NCBI GenBank assembly: GCA_951406725.2 | Contig: OX597817.1 | Coordinates: 134,974,001 to 135,038,000 of the forward strand | Origin: Octopus vulgaris | Lineage: Eukaryota | Direction of reading: 5' to 3' | DNA length: 64,000 bases | Shown: piece by piece, positions 13,750 to 27,250 of the stretch | Layout of the letters: each line of letters begins with the position of its first letter | How positions within the stretch are numbered: position 1 is the first letter of the stretch | Program-made: the position numbers and the translations under genes | The notes under the pieces: model-generated | Database searches by the model: none | What the model saw: the letters and a program-made list of their open reading frames with translations, nothing else | What the model was told of the DNA's origin: nothing

Positions 13750-13955
13750 TGGCTTCAAATATTCAAACAGTGACACCAATTTCGCGTGAGGGGCGAAGTC
13801 GATTATATTGACCCTGGTGCTCAGCTGGTATTTTTTTTTATCAATCCGAAAAGGATGAAAGGCAAAGTTGACCTCGGAGGAATTCGAACTCAAAATGTAA
13901 AAACGGACCAAATGTCGCGAAGCATTTTGTCCGGCGTGCTATCGATTCTGCCAAC
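13750..13955 (-). mobile_element. SINE family B
   Basis: The reverse complement contains gagttcgaattcctccgaggtcaactttgcctttcatcctttt, as in the copy at 61158-61600. Confidence 0.75.
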
Positions 13956-14704
13956 TCAAGACCTTAACACTACACTTAATAATAATTACTAATTTGGGCT
14001 GAAAATTATCCATTTTGAAGGGAAGGAATGAATCTCCCTCCTTCTGAAGTCGTGAGATTCTTCATAGTACAATTCCAAAGGAGATAATGGTGGCAGAGTA
14101 AACTTTCCAAACTCTGAGGAGAAATATGAAAAGAAAAATAAAAAGAAAAAGAAACCAACAAACGTTCAAAATAAAGCACTCAAAATGGTTGAAAAATTTT
14201 CCCCGAACAAAATTTCTCTGCATCTCAGAATAGAAATGTATAAGATAAAACGAAGGGAAGAGACGAGCAGGGATCCACCGTCTTCAAAAACCAAACTGAT
14301 AGATGAAATTAGGTATTTGTGGTGCCAGGGATATTCTGATAAAGTAAAAATAAAAGTTGGTTTTAGAGTATGTGGAACTCGCAAAAGACATACTGCTAGT
14401 AATCATAAAGATAGTAAAACCGACTCAAAGAGGCCTACGTTGAAAAATTAGTGGTTATCTGCCACCACCAATACAAAACATGTTAAGAGGGGGATTTCAG
14501 TGTACGAGGCAACAATACGACCAATAGAAGCAGAATAAAGCCATGCGCTGCAATAATTCCATCCAGTTGGTAAGTTTCTTTTTATGTTATATTTCCTCGC
14601 AAATGTATATTATTTTACTCAGTGTTTTAGCCTATTTTTTTTCACTTATTTTCGTGCAAACATTTGCGCCTTACAATTTTAATTCATCTCCATTTTGTTT
14701 AGAA

Positions 14705-15106
14705 AAGGTGTAATTATCAACAGAGGAACATGCATCATACATCAAAATGAAGCTAGTCCTCTGTAGATTACATCCCTACTTCTCAACATAGTCACCGTTT
14801 CTCTTAATAGCAATGTTCCACCTTCGAATGAGAGCATGTATCGCTGCTTCGTAAAATTATGTTGACTGTTCTTTGAAAACTGTAGTGAAGAAGTGGCTCA
14901 AAGAACAGTCAACAGAATTTTACGAGGCAGAGAGACATGCTCTCATTCGAAGTGGAACATTGCTATTGAGAGAAACGGTAACTATGTTGAGAAGTATGGA
15001 TGTGATCCACAGAGAACCCGCTTCATTTTGATGTATGATACATGTTCCTGTGTCGGAAATGATACCTGTCCTGAGCAAAATGGCATTTACTTTTTGACTC
15101 ACCCTC

Positions 15107-15107
<1 letters not shown>
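14705..15107. mobile_element. Fold-back (palindromic) mariner 3' fragment
   Basis: About 14724-14876 is inverted against about 14898-15049. The right arm encodes VKKWLKEQSTEFYEAERHALI..WNIAIERNGNYVEK and ends in tttgactcaccctcg|TA. Confidence 0.8.
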
Positions 15108-15182
<75 letters not shown>

Positions 15183-16674
15183 TCAAATTACGATGAACGT
15201 AAACAAACAAACGAAGTTTACTTTAGAGGCGTTGGGATGTCTTGGAAAGTTAAAGAAGTGATTTTAAATTCTCAAACGCAGGATAATGTTAATAGTATAG
15301 CCTGAACAGGATAAACTACCCTTATTTTGCAGAAAAAAGTGTTGGCTGCCGGCTGTATATCATAAAGCATCTTTCACTGTTCACAAACGTTAACTTTGTA
15401 TAGCTTACCCGTCTCACTTAGTTTTCCGTAGCTCTGACGATTCTACCTGCTCATCACATTAATTAATTACAATAATGACTTAAACGGTAATCATATAATA
15501 GGTAATAACCTCTACAATAAACACGTAGTGTATCCTCCCTCCCACTAATTCTCAGGAAATTGAAACCAAAAATACTGAAAAAGCAGACACCAAAAATAGA
15601 TGTAAAATAAAAGTCTTCCTTCATCACAAGGCTTACAGAGGAAAAAATATTGACATAAATCAAATAAAAAATAATGACTTTTTTTAGCGATATTGGCAGC
15701 ATATGGCTGTACACACATACACTCACAAGATACAGACAAGACACACACATACTCATGGACGAACATATATACAAATGCATTCTTGAGTTGTGCTGTCAAG
15801 TAAGGAATTTCTCGCTCGTCTTCACTCTCAGACGTCATCAATGACACTCAAAAACTGAATATCGGTGTTTCCGACACAAATGAGGTCAGCGTGACCAAGT
15901 TCTGTAACCAAGCAACACATTACTCTTCCCTCCCACGTTATTCCAGAGCGAGAAAAAATATTGGTTACATCAGTCTGGTTTGATAAACAAGAACTTTCTT
16001 CTTCGAAGGAAAGAACCGTTATTAGCAGATCAGATGGAAATTTAGAGGGGCAGCCTAGGTTATCCGACGTAAATCTCACGAGTGAAGTTTTTAAATATGA
16101 GAAGGAAACGATTAAACTATTTCACATTTGTATACTACGCTATATTTTTGTGCCACAGCATTTAGGGTCGTAAAATACGAGGCTCAGAATGAATAATGTT
16201 GACCCTTACATTGTCAACACCGGCGGCGCACGGACTGGGCAAGGAGTGGGTGCTGAGGTCGCGAAAATCGGCAAATAATCGGTTGGGGTCTCAATGTACT
16301 TATTAGTCTCCATGATCAGTTAAAGTCATCGGACCATGTTAGAGCTGTTCCTAGTCGTAGGCGCGGAAAGAAAGCCAAGGGGACTGTCGGAGTTGAGAAT
16401 GAAGTCCAGTTGTCATACCTGTGACAGAAAAACCACCTGCGCAATTTCAGAGGCCGGTAGTTCAGGACATGAAGGCCGTTTATTATATCTGTGACAGTAA
16501 AAGCCACTCGAAGGCGTTCTGAGACTGGTAGTATAGGGCAGGAAGAATATTTGCTATGCGTATTGCGTCAAAAGCTACTTGAAGGTGTTCTGAGACTGGT
16601 GATGCAAGGAAGGAAGCCTAGTTTCCTCTCCCAGCAACACCAGTCTCAGAATGCCTTCAAATGATATTTGCTAC

Positions 16675-17045
16675 CATAAATTTGGAATATGAAGAGTGTA
16701 AAGATTGTGCCTATAATAATTGGTGCATTGGGAACTGTAAGCAAGGATATTGACAAATGGTTGAAGGAGCCAGGAGTAGAATGCCCTGTAGTCTTTCAAG
16801 CACTTAAAATCTTCCTGATAATCGTTCCTGACCCTAACAGGCAAACATTCTGTGGAAACTATCCAAGACATTCTATTCCGATTTCCTCCAACCATATCAT
16901 AAGCGCAACCATTACACTCTTCATCTCCTAAATTCTTACAATTTCAGGATGTTCTATTAGTAAGGATGTTCCCTTGAGCTCTGATGATAACAAATCTCCT
17001 CAAATCTCAAGAATCTTTCTTAGGATTCCTGTAGAATACAGGAAA
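16675..17045. mobile_element. R4/Dong-type RLE LINE 3' fragments (both orientations)
   Basis: Plus strand: WNMKSVKIVPIIIGALGTVSKDIDKWLKE. Minus strand: QNVCLLGSGTIIRKILS. Confidence 0.65.
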
Positions 17046-17054
17046 TGTTGTTGT

Positions 17055-17109
17055 TCTTCTCGTCGTCGTCATTATCACCATCACCCTTCTCATCCCCATC
17101 ATCATCCTT

Positions 17110-17156
<47 letters not shown>

Positions 17157-17270
17157 TATCATCATCATCCTTATCATCATCATCATCATCAACTTCATCA
17201 TCATCATCCTTATTATCATCATCATCATCCTTATCATCATCATCATCATCATCATCAACAGCATTATTAT
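17055..17270. repeat. (CAT)n repeat
   Basis: Direct inspection. Confidence 0.95.
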
Positions 17271-17589
17271 TGACGCAGCTAGTAAATGCATTATTACTGA
17301 AAAAGTATCTGTTTAGAAATTTGTCTTTTATAATTATGCCACTAGATTTTATAATGATTGAAATTATAGAATGTCTTCTGTGTATCTGCGAAATTTCCAC
17401 GTCGTTTTGTTGTTATGATGTTGTAAACAAATTATTATGATATTTTATATTTTCTAATTCTTGGCTACAGTAAATAAAAAAAAAAATGATCATTACATTT
17501 TCTCTCTGAACATTTCCAGACATCAAATTTTATTGCCACATGTATCAGAGATACGAGCCAACAAACAATTATCTTTTCTACTATTAGCA

Positions 17590-17710
17590 CAAAGCCAGAA
17601 TTTCTGGAGGAAGGGGACTAGTCGATTACATCGACCCCAGTGTTCAGCTGGTACTTATCGACCCGAAAAGGATGAAAGGCAAAGTCTACCTGCAAGGAAG
17701 ACTCAGAACT
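17590..17710 (-). mobile_element. SINE family B fragment
   Basis: gtcgattacatcgaccccagt...ggtactt..cgaaaaggatgaaaggcaaagtc. Confidence 0.7.
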
Positions 17711-18199
17711 GCGAAATGGTTATTTCTGTAATTATCTCAAATATTTACCAAAAAAAAAAAAAAAAATTGAATTGTTATTTTTCTGCAAATCACGTTGCCT
17801 CAATAAACTTGACATATTTCAACAAAGAAAACCAGTTTCAAACATGACATTCCTCGACAAAAGATATATTGGTATATAAAACTGCTTTCCATTGCGAAAG
17901 GTAATGGTATTTTGATCACTGATTTCCGCAGTATAAAAGTTTTATATAGAATTGTTTGTGAATTCAGTTTTTTCACAGTATTGTTTCCATCAATAACTTT
18001 CTTCCTTTTATCAATCTTCTCTTGGGAGAAAATTCAAAAATAAAAGTTTCTAGCCACCATAAAACATCACACCCAATCAGTTTTAAAATTTCAACCGAAA
18101 GAAAAAAGTTTCTAAACGTTTACTTTACCACGTAGTACTAGCATTTAATACCATCCAAAAATTTACCGTCTTAAATAAAATGATGGCACATTTATGATT

Positions 18200-18340
18200 C
18201 TTTCTATTATAGGCACAGGGCTTGAAATTTTGGGGGAGGGCAATAGTCGATTATATCGACCCAGAATTACACCCGTACTTAATTTATCGACCCCAAAAGG
18301 ATGAAAGGCAAAGTCAACCTCGGTGGAATTTGAACTCAGA
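18200..18340 (-). mobile_element. SINE family B fragment
   Basis: gtcgattatatcgaccc...aaggatgaaaggcaaagtcaacctcggtggaatttgaactc. Confidence 0.75.
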
Positions 18341-18515
18341 AGGTTCATTTATAATGTAGTTCTAGATATACTAGGATCAACTACATGGTTCCGGGTTCAG
18401 TTTCACCGCTTGACACCTTGGGTATTTGTTTTCTACAATAACTTTGGAGCGATCAAAGCCTTGCGAGTGGAGTTGGTAGGAGGGAGCTAAAGATCATCGT
18501 GTATGTGTGTGTATG

Positions 18516-18596
<81 letters not shown>

Positions 18597-18650
18597 CGGA
18601 GATGTACTTGCATAGCAAGTGATTTGATCTGAGATCGTGTGCTGAAACGA

Positions 18651-18930
18651 AAACAATTGCAGCGTGGAAGGTGTTTGTAAGCCATTCAAGAAACACACAA
18701 AAGCCGTTCGATTCACTTCAACATTTAAGTTTAATTTGTCAAAATATTTTCGTCGCTTTAAAACCGCGACCTGTTCACTGACAAAAATCCGTGCTGGATT
18801 TTGTCAGCGAACAGGTCGAGATTTTAAAGCGACGATAATATTTTGACAAATTAAACTTAAATGTTGAAGTGAATCGAACGGCTTTTGTGTGTTTCTTAAA
18901 TGGCTTACAAACACCTTCCACGCTACAATT

Positions 18931-18934
<4 letters not shown>
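18651..18934. repeat. ~140-bp-arm near-perfect palindrome
   Basis: The arms fold about the centre aaaatcc-gtgct-ggatttt (~18790) with only scattered mismatches. Confidence 0.9.
18735..18785 (-). ncRNA. Minimal hammerhead motif, G3-C8 core variant
   Basis: tttgtca-GTGAACA-g-gtcgc ggttttaaa gcgac-GAAA-atat-TT-tgacaaa. Confidence 0.65.
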
Positions 18935-18985
<51 letters not shown>

Positions 18986-18988
<3 letters not shown>

Positions 18989-19382
18989 CCCTAGCCACAT
19001 TCAGATGGCTGATCCCCCTTATGTTATAGAGCAGTTACTGTTTATATCTCGCTCAGAGATTTATTATTGTTTTCGAACGGATTTTCTACGCCAGTGACTG
19101 TGGTTACTGTGAAAATCTATATATCCAGCCTGTAGAGGAAGTCCCTCAACGAAGAGCGGTACTTACCATACGTTGACAAGAGGCAATAACCTCGAAACCG
19201 GTCCGTATGTAGTATCCGTATCTTCGGGGAGGCTGATCTCCCTTTGCAGGCTGGCAAGGACACCGAGATGGTGTCAGCTCTTCTTGTGACGTTGATGTTC
19301 GCCTGGGGCTAAATGCATCAGTAACACCCCCACCACCCCGCCCTGACCCTAGCCACATTCAGATGGCTGATCCCCCTTATGT

Positions 19383-19386
<4 letters not shown>
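18986..19386 (+). mobile_element. Retrozyme-like cassette: 358-bp unit with 43-bp terminal direct repeat
   Basis: tgaccctagccacattcagatggctgatcccccttatgttata is identical at 18986-19028 and 19344-19386. (TA)n on both sides; internal hammerhead. Confidence 0.75.
19167..19209 (+). ncRNA. Minimal type-I hammerhead ribozyme, U3-A8 core variant
   Basis: catacg-TTGACAA-gagg caataa cctc-GAAA-ccgg-TC-cgtatg. All helices are perfect and the triplet is GUC. Confidence 0.8.
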
Positions 19387-19429
<43 letters not shown>

Positions 19430-20610
19430 ATATACATTTGTGTGTGTGCGTTTGTCCACCACCCCTTGAGAACCGGTGTTGGTATGTTTATGTCCCCGTA
19501 ACTTAGGGGTTCGGAAAAAGAGATTTGATAGAATAAGTACCAGAGTTAAGCAATAAGAACTAGCGCTGATTCATTCGATTAATAATTCTTCAAGGTGGTG
19601 CCCCAGGATGGCCGCAGTCCTGTCTTATGACTGGAACAAGAAAAAGCCAAAAGATAAAAGATACATAAGGCGGCGATTTAGATGGGTCGGTAGAGCCTCA
19701 ATTATAACAGTTTCGCGGTATTTGTTCCGACTCACTACGGTTCGGGTTCAAAACCCGCTCTCATTTCTTCCAGAACCAAGTTGAGTCCATTCTCCCGCTC
19801 TTTCTTTCTCTCTGCGTCTCCCTCCCATTCTCTCCCTCTATCTATTTCTTCTCCATCTCTCTCCTACTCTCTATCTCTTCTCCATCTCTCTCCCTCTCTC
19901 TTGAAATCAGTGAAGTTACAACGTAAAAAAGACATCGTGGAATCCTAGTCACAGCGTTCCTTTCAAACGAAACGGTGAAGTGTTCAGTGATGTAGGAGCG
20001 GGGGTGGGGCTAACAACTTCTTCTTGTAGAACAAAACTGGAATCGCTCAAGAACAAGATTATGTGCTGTACAACACGGAACAGAACTTGAGAGGAGGAAG
20101 ATATCCACAACGACGGAGTGGTCACGTTTGGAAAGCGATTCATTATATTTCTGCTCGATCAACGGTGGCCTTAGACTGAACTAAAACAACAGCCATAACA
20201 ACAACAACAACTGCGACAATAACTGCTACGACTACTGCTTCTACAATAACAACAACTTTAGATGAAAGTAGTCTAGAATTAACAAAATGGCGTATTGTGC
20301 AGCCAATAAACTGCAATTTCAACTCCATTTAGCAATGTCGATTCTTGTTATTAACCCATTAAGTTGCAACATTGAACATTGGTAAGATTCTTAGCGAACC
20401 GACTCTTTGACACAAGTGGAATTTTTATCAAGTTATTCCGTTCTATTGAAGGAAAGCACAAAATACAATAAGTTTGTTTAACATGTAAAAGAGGAAAGGT
20501 TTAAGGTTTTGGACAAGCAAGAAATCACAAACATATGCATGCATACATATCTATATACATATACATGCATATATGTATATATATATATATAATGTATGTA
20601 TGTATGTATG

Positions 20611-20670
<60 letters not shown>

Positions 20671-20688
20671 AACGCACACACATATAAA

Positions 20689-20748
<60 letters not shown>

Positions 20749-21394
20749 TGATGTATGTGGTGCACGAGGCCCATAAAAAGAAATCGCTAAAACTCTAGCT
20801 GCAGATGCTCGGCTATGGTATGACGCATAGCTGTTTGTCCTCTATGATGCAACCGATTCTGCCACACTTGAATGGTTTCTAATGGCTGCCAATTACGCAT
20901 AGATTGCGTATTCTTCAAACTGCTGTGAGCCTTTCTCTTTAACATTGATCTCCGAGTTTATCTGCCACGTGATAGCGACGTCTTTTGATTTCTTTATCGA
21001 AATCTTCAAACGGGGAGATACTTTTTGTCTTCAATTCTTTCTGCTTCTTTTTGCTGTTAACCAGAACGGAGGAGAAATGCGTAAAAAAAAATGTTAAATA
21101 AAAAGTTGAAAGGTATTATTTGATAATAAACACCAACCGCAAATAAATTATTTTCTACTTTGTTGCTTACGTCATTATGCAAATTAACTAATTTGGAAGC
21201 TCATTAAAATTCAGATTACAAACATCTGCGTAAAGAAGATTCTTTTGTAATACAAGCTATTACTCGCTTTCTATGAAATATATCCTCTTGTGGTTTATCT
21301 TGAGCAATAATCCAAATTCAGGTTAAACCATGCCCACACAATTATCCAAGAATTATCCATTTAAAGGGATCATTTATTTTTTTTATCTCATTTT

Positions 21395-21600
21395 AAGTCT
21401 TTGGAGTGCGGTCTTGCTGGGGCATACCTTCGAAGAATTTTGATCAAATGAATCGCCCCCCAGTAAGTCTGGCGCTCATTCTATCGATCCCATTTATTGA
21501 ACCGCTAGATTACGGGGACGTAAACAAACTAACACCGGTTATCAAGAAGGGTAGTGAACAAACACCGACACAAACAAGCCCGCGCACACACACAAACGCA
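21395..21600 (-). mobile_element. SINE family A 3' fragment
   Basis: attctatcgatc..gaaccgctagattacggggacgtaaacaaactaacaccggtt is the reverse complement of the family A tail. Confidence 0.65.
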
Positions 21601-21645
21601 CACATACGCATATATTTTTTCCAAAATTCTGACGACTTTTTCCCT

Positions 21646-21704
<59 letters not shown>

Positions 21705-21772
21705 AAAATGCGTTGCTGAAAATGCACTTAAATTTAAAAAACTCGTGAATGTTTAAAATTTATTTACATATG

Positions 21773-21815
21773 TACCAAACTAGTTTCAACAATATTTTTT
21801 TGTTTTTCAATGGTA
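21773..21815 (-). ncRNA. Hammerhead motif, U3-A8 variant
   Basis: tacca-TTGAAAA-acaa..ttgt-t-GAAA-ctag-TT-tggta. Confidence 0.55.
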
Positions 21816-22177
21816 AAAGTGTAAAAACAACGTTATAAATTTCAATGTGGACAAATCAAAATTAAATTCAAATATTTCAATGTTGATAAATTATCATGTT
21901 CGAAACAGAAGGTGTAAGTTTGAAATTTAAAACTGTATATTAATTTGTTAGAATGTACAAGGTTCATTAATTTCAGTGGTGGTCGACAAGACATACTGAA
22001 AAAAAAAAAAAAACTATGAGAATTGAAATAGTAAAAAAAGGGGGAAATTACGGTTTCTCAGATCTTTAAACAGTCGGTTCCTCATGTAATGGTATGTTTT
22101 AGGGAAATATGTATTTATAATTTTTTTCTGCGAGCGGATCTGATTTTGATTGGTTAAAAAATTAAAGATCACTGAAA

Positions 22178-22762
22178 TTAATGCACCCTTATTGCAACCC
22201 CTATTTGTTCCACGTACTTTTCGAGATTTTTGCTCACTCTTACCAGGGCTCCGACAATTATTGCTACTACTGCTACTTTTTTCATCGACCACAACTGCTT
22301 AACGTCCCAAGCTAACCTGTCATATCTCTCGACTTTTTTTTCTTCCTTATCGCATACCTTGTTGTCAGCTGGACATGTCATATATCTATGATCCAGCATT
22401 GTTTGTTTTCTTTCTCAATTAAGACTATGTCCGCCTTCTCAAACCTATGGTCGCACTGAATCATAATATCCTATTACGATCTTTGCATTTCTATTTTCGA
22501 CGATGTCTTCAGGTTTGTGGTCGTACCAATTTTTTTCTCTGTCAAGTCCATACTTGTTGCAAAGTGCCCAATGAACAAGCCTAGCTATATTGTCGTGACG
22601 TCTCTCATATTCGTTCTGGTCTAGTGGCGTACATTGGCTGGTAATATGCCATTCGATTTCACCGTTTCGTCCACAGATTCTGCACTTATCACTTTCTGAT
22701 GTGTTGCCTATTCTGTAGTTTGTTTTAGTGCTTGCTCTTGGGCAGCACAGATTAGAGCCTCA
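22178..22762 (-). mobile_element. R4/Dong-type LINE fragment (CCHC plus restriction-like endonuclease)
   Basis: KCRICGRNGE..WHITSQC..YERRHDNIARLVHWALC ... KKVERYDRLAWDVKQLWSMKKVAVVAIIVGAL. Confidence 0.85.
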
Positions 22763-22773
22763 GTTATTATTAG

Positions 22774-22825
<52 letters not shown>

Positions 22826-23237
22826 ATTTCTCTTTATCACAGGTTTTGTAAGAGCTCCTGGAGTCTTGCATGCGTTGCAGGTTTACTACCTGCAGCCTAC
22901 GGTACCATGCTGTTCCTGTTGTTTAATTATCTCATACTTCCCCGATTATTCTGGCCATCCCAAGGAGGCAAACCTTTTGTAACAGCTCTGCTGGGTACTC
23001 TATTCCAATTTCCTTCATATTCCCCCTTGATGCCTTCTGATGCTGTTCCAAAGAACCAAACAAAGTTTGGCACTACTTTTACCTTCTTCGTTTTACATAA
23101 CCGGACTATTTCGTACATAAGAGGGTTGTATCTATCTTTGTAACTCCCACCTTGACTATTTGCGGATCAAAGGGGCATGCAACGTCAACTATATACCATT
23201 TGTGGCGCACCTTGTCCACCAACCACTAGGTCCGGTC
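22826..23237 (-). mobile_element. RLE LINE 3' end
   Basis: MYEIVRLCKTKKVKVVP..GTAS-like C-terminus, then a 3' UTR ending in (AAC)n; bordered by (TAA)n. Confidence 0.6.
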
Positions 23238-23490
<253 letters not shown>

Positions 23491-23790
23491 AGTTTTTTTC
23501 CTTCATTGAAGAGTCATGCATGTGTGCATTTATATATATATATGTATGTGTGTATACATATGCATATGAAAATATACACATGCGTATATACATATGTACG
23601 TATATATGTGTAAATGCACACAGAAACACTCACATACACACACACACATACACACACACTCATTGACATCCTCGTTTATCGACCTGCAACAAGCCTCTAC
23701 TTTGAGAATTCTTCACCTTAGAGAATTTGGCAGTTATTCTTTCTGCCAAAATAAAAAAAAATTCTTATCTGGGAAGATTTTCTTTATATA

Positions 23791-23862
<72 letters not shown>

Positions 23863-24107
23863 TGTGTGTGTGTGTGTGCTCGCACGTGTGTGTGTGTGTA
23901 TACGCATGTATGTATATTTATGTTATCTTTTTGTTTGTGCCGTGTGTATATACAGGGATCCGATGCCTTATCTTAGTTTGCCTTTATAATTATTCCTCAA
24001 TGGCGGTTCTCTGGAGAATTTCTTATCATGGAACCAATATTGGAATCTAATACCTTACATACAATGCCACGGAATATTTGTGATTCTTCTGAAGAACTGA
24101 GATAGAA

Positions 24108-24187
<80 letters not shown>

Positions 24188-24246
24188 TAATAATAATAAT
24201 GATAATAATGATAATAATGATAATAATAATAATAATAATAATAATG

Positions 24247-24307
<61 letters not shown>

Positions 24308-24351
24308 TAATAATGATAATAATGATAATAATAATAATAATAATAATAATG

Positions 24352-24419
<68 letters not shown>
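24108..24419. repeat. (TAA)n repeat
   Basis: Direct inspection. Confidence 0.95.
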
Positions 24420-25404
24420 CTCCCGTATGCTGTCAGGTCCGTCCTCCAATTCGCCATACTTTTTCCAAGAAATCGCTGAACATTCGATGCAATACCAAAT
24501 AGGTTCATACATTCCATAATCCAAGAATGTGGGATCATATAATACGCCTTACGATAATCGATCCATGACATGGCTAAATTACTTTTCCTCCTCTTGCAGT
24601 CTCTAAGTACAGTTTTGTATATCAGGAATTGACCCTTGATACCTCTGCACTTACGCTTGCAACCCTTCTGCTTATGTGGCAGGAATCCATGTTTTCCAAA
24701 TGTTCGTATGTTGATTCTGCGAGTATTCCAGTCAATAACTTCCACATAAGTGGCAAACAGGATATCGGCCTGTAATTGTCTACCGTATTGCCTTTTTCGA
24801 TGTTTTTCAAGCTCAGCACTGTCCTACCCAATGTCAACCACTTTCGTGTTCCTTGGTCGGCATTTAACAAGGTGTTGAGTTGCGTAGCTATTCGTGCAGC
24901 TATCACCAAATCTTTTGATCCAGTAGCCTTGAATTCCATTTGGTCCCGGGGCTTTCCAGTTGCCCATTGTTATTTATATTCATTTATTTTTTGATGATTT
25001 CCTTCTCTTCCCTAAGTGAAATAACTAGTTCTGTTTGTTTCAGTTTTTGCAACCATTCAGAATCCTTCTTGTACTCCTTATCCTTGCTCCAGATGTCACT
25101 CCAAAACCTTTGACTTTCGATGTTATCTGGTATCAACTTTTCGTCTATAAACTCTTACCATCTTTGCTTTCTTTGCAACGAGGTGCTGTTTAAGTTCCTC
25201 CACTACTACTTTCAGGCCCTTTCAATATTATATTTCCCTTTCAGCGCCCTGTATTTTTGTTCGCTTTTAAGCTCCCCTTTCTCTTTTCGGTCTAACATGG
25301 AGATTTCTTTTGGGAGCATGTATAACCCTGCCTGGATTCTTCTTTTCCACCATGGATATTTTTTTTTGTCACTCCCATTATGTTTCTTTTCTTCCACATA
25401 TGTA
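24420..25404 (-). pseudogene. R4/Dong-type LINE reverse transcriptase fragment (frameshifted)
   Basis: [29 protein letters not shown]; [30 protein letters not shown]; upstream PWWKRRI. Confidence 0.9.
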
Positions 25405-25795
25405 GCATGCCCCTTAGTGGCTGGCGATATGTGCATCTCAGATCATGAGCAGAAGTAGTGGGGGAGCATCATAGCCGTGTGTTGAAAGGAATTCTTAGAG
25501 GTTTGGATAATTCACCTTTGGAAACACGGGTGGTTCGTTCAACATCCTTCAACAATCCTTAATCAGGGACCTTTTGAACGGGATGGGCTACTCGACCAGA
25601 AGAAAATTCTAACTGGGCCCCACCTGCAAGGTCATGCGCTGTTTATCTTGACATGAGATCACTATGTTGCGCACATATGGTTGTGATGCATGTACCTGGT
25701 ACACCCTTATCAGACGGGTAGTCATGATGGGTACACTGGGCTTCGTATATTTTACCCCAGTGTCACTTTGATGGCATGCACTGCACTCTCCACTC

Positions 25796-25796
<1 letters not shown>
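25405..25796 (-). mobile_element. Non-coding TAA-associated repeat (shared with 42535-42918)
   Basis: High visual identity to 42535-42918 (cccttagtggctg.cgatatgtgcatctc...gtgtcactttgatggcatg). Confidence 0.8.

Positions 25797-27250
<1,454 letters not shown>

Larger units (their letters stand above)
18383..19660 (+). mobile_element. SINE family A split by two nested insertions in its internal (TA)n
   Basis: Head at 18383-18500 and tail at 19440-19660. Unrelated cassettes at 18594-18934 and 18986-19386 lie between TA tracts. Confidence 0.75.

Noticed and set aside
15463-16173. Non-repetitive ORFs that could be a host exon or piggyBac remnant
   Set aside because: Short, with stops and no recognisable domain; the resemblance to piggyBac motifs is too weak.
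16170-16510. Possible gypsy gag/protease remnant (RLLY/ICDSKS-like)
   Set aside because: Only a few residues across a frameshift, with no catalytic DTG motif or LTR.
25405-25796. Search for an HDV-like ribozyme at the putative LINE 5' end
   Set aside because: A candidate P1 (gacctt/aaggtc) is not followed by the GG/P1.1 and J4/2 elements.
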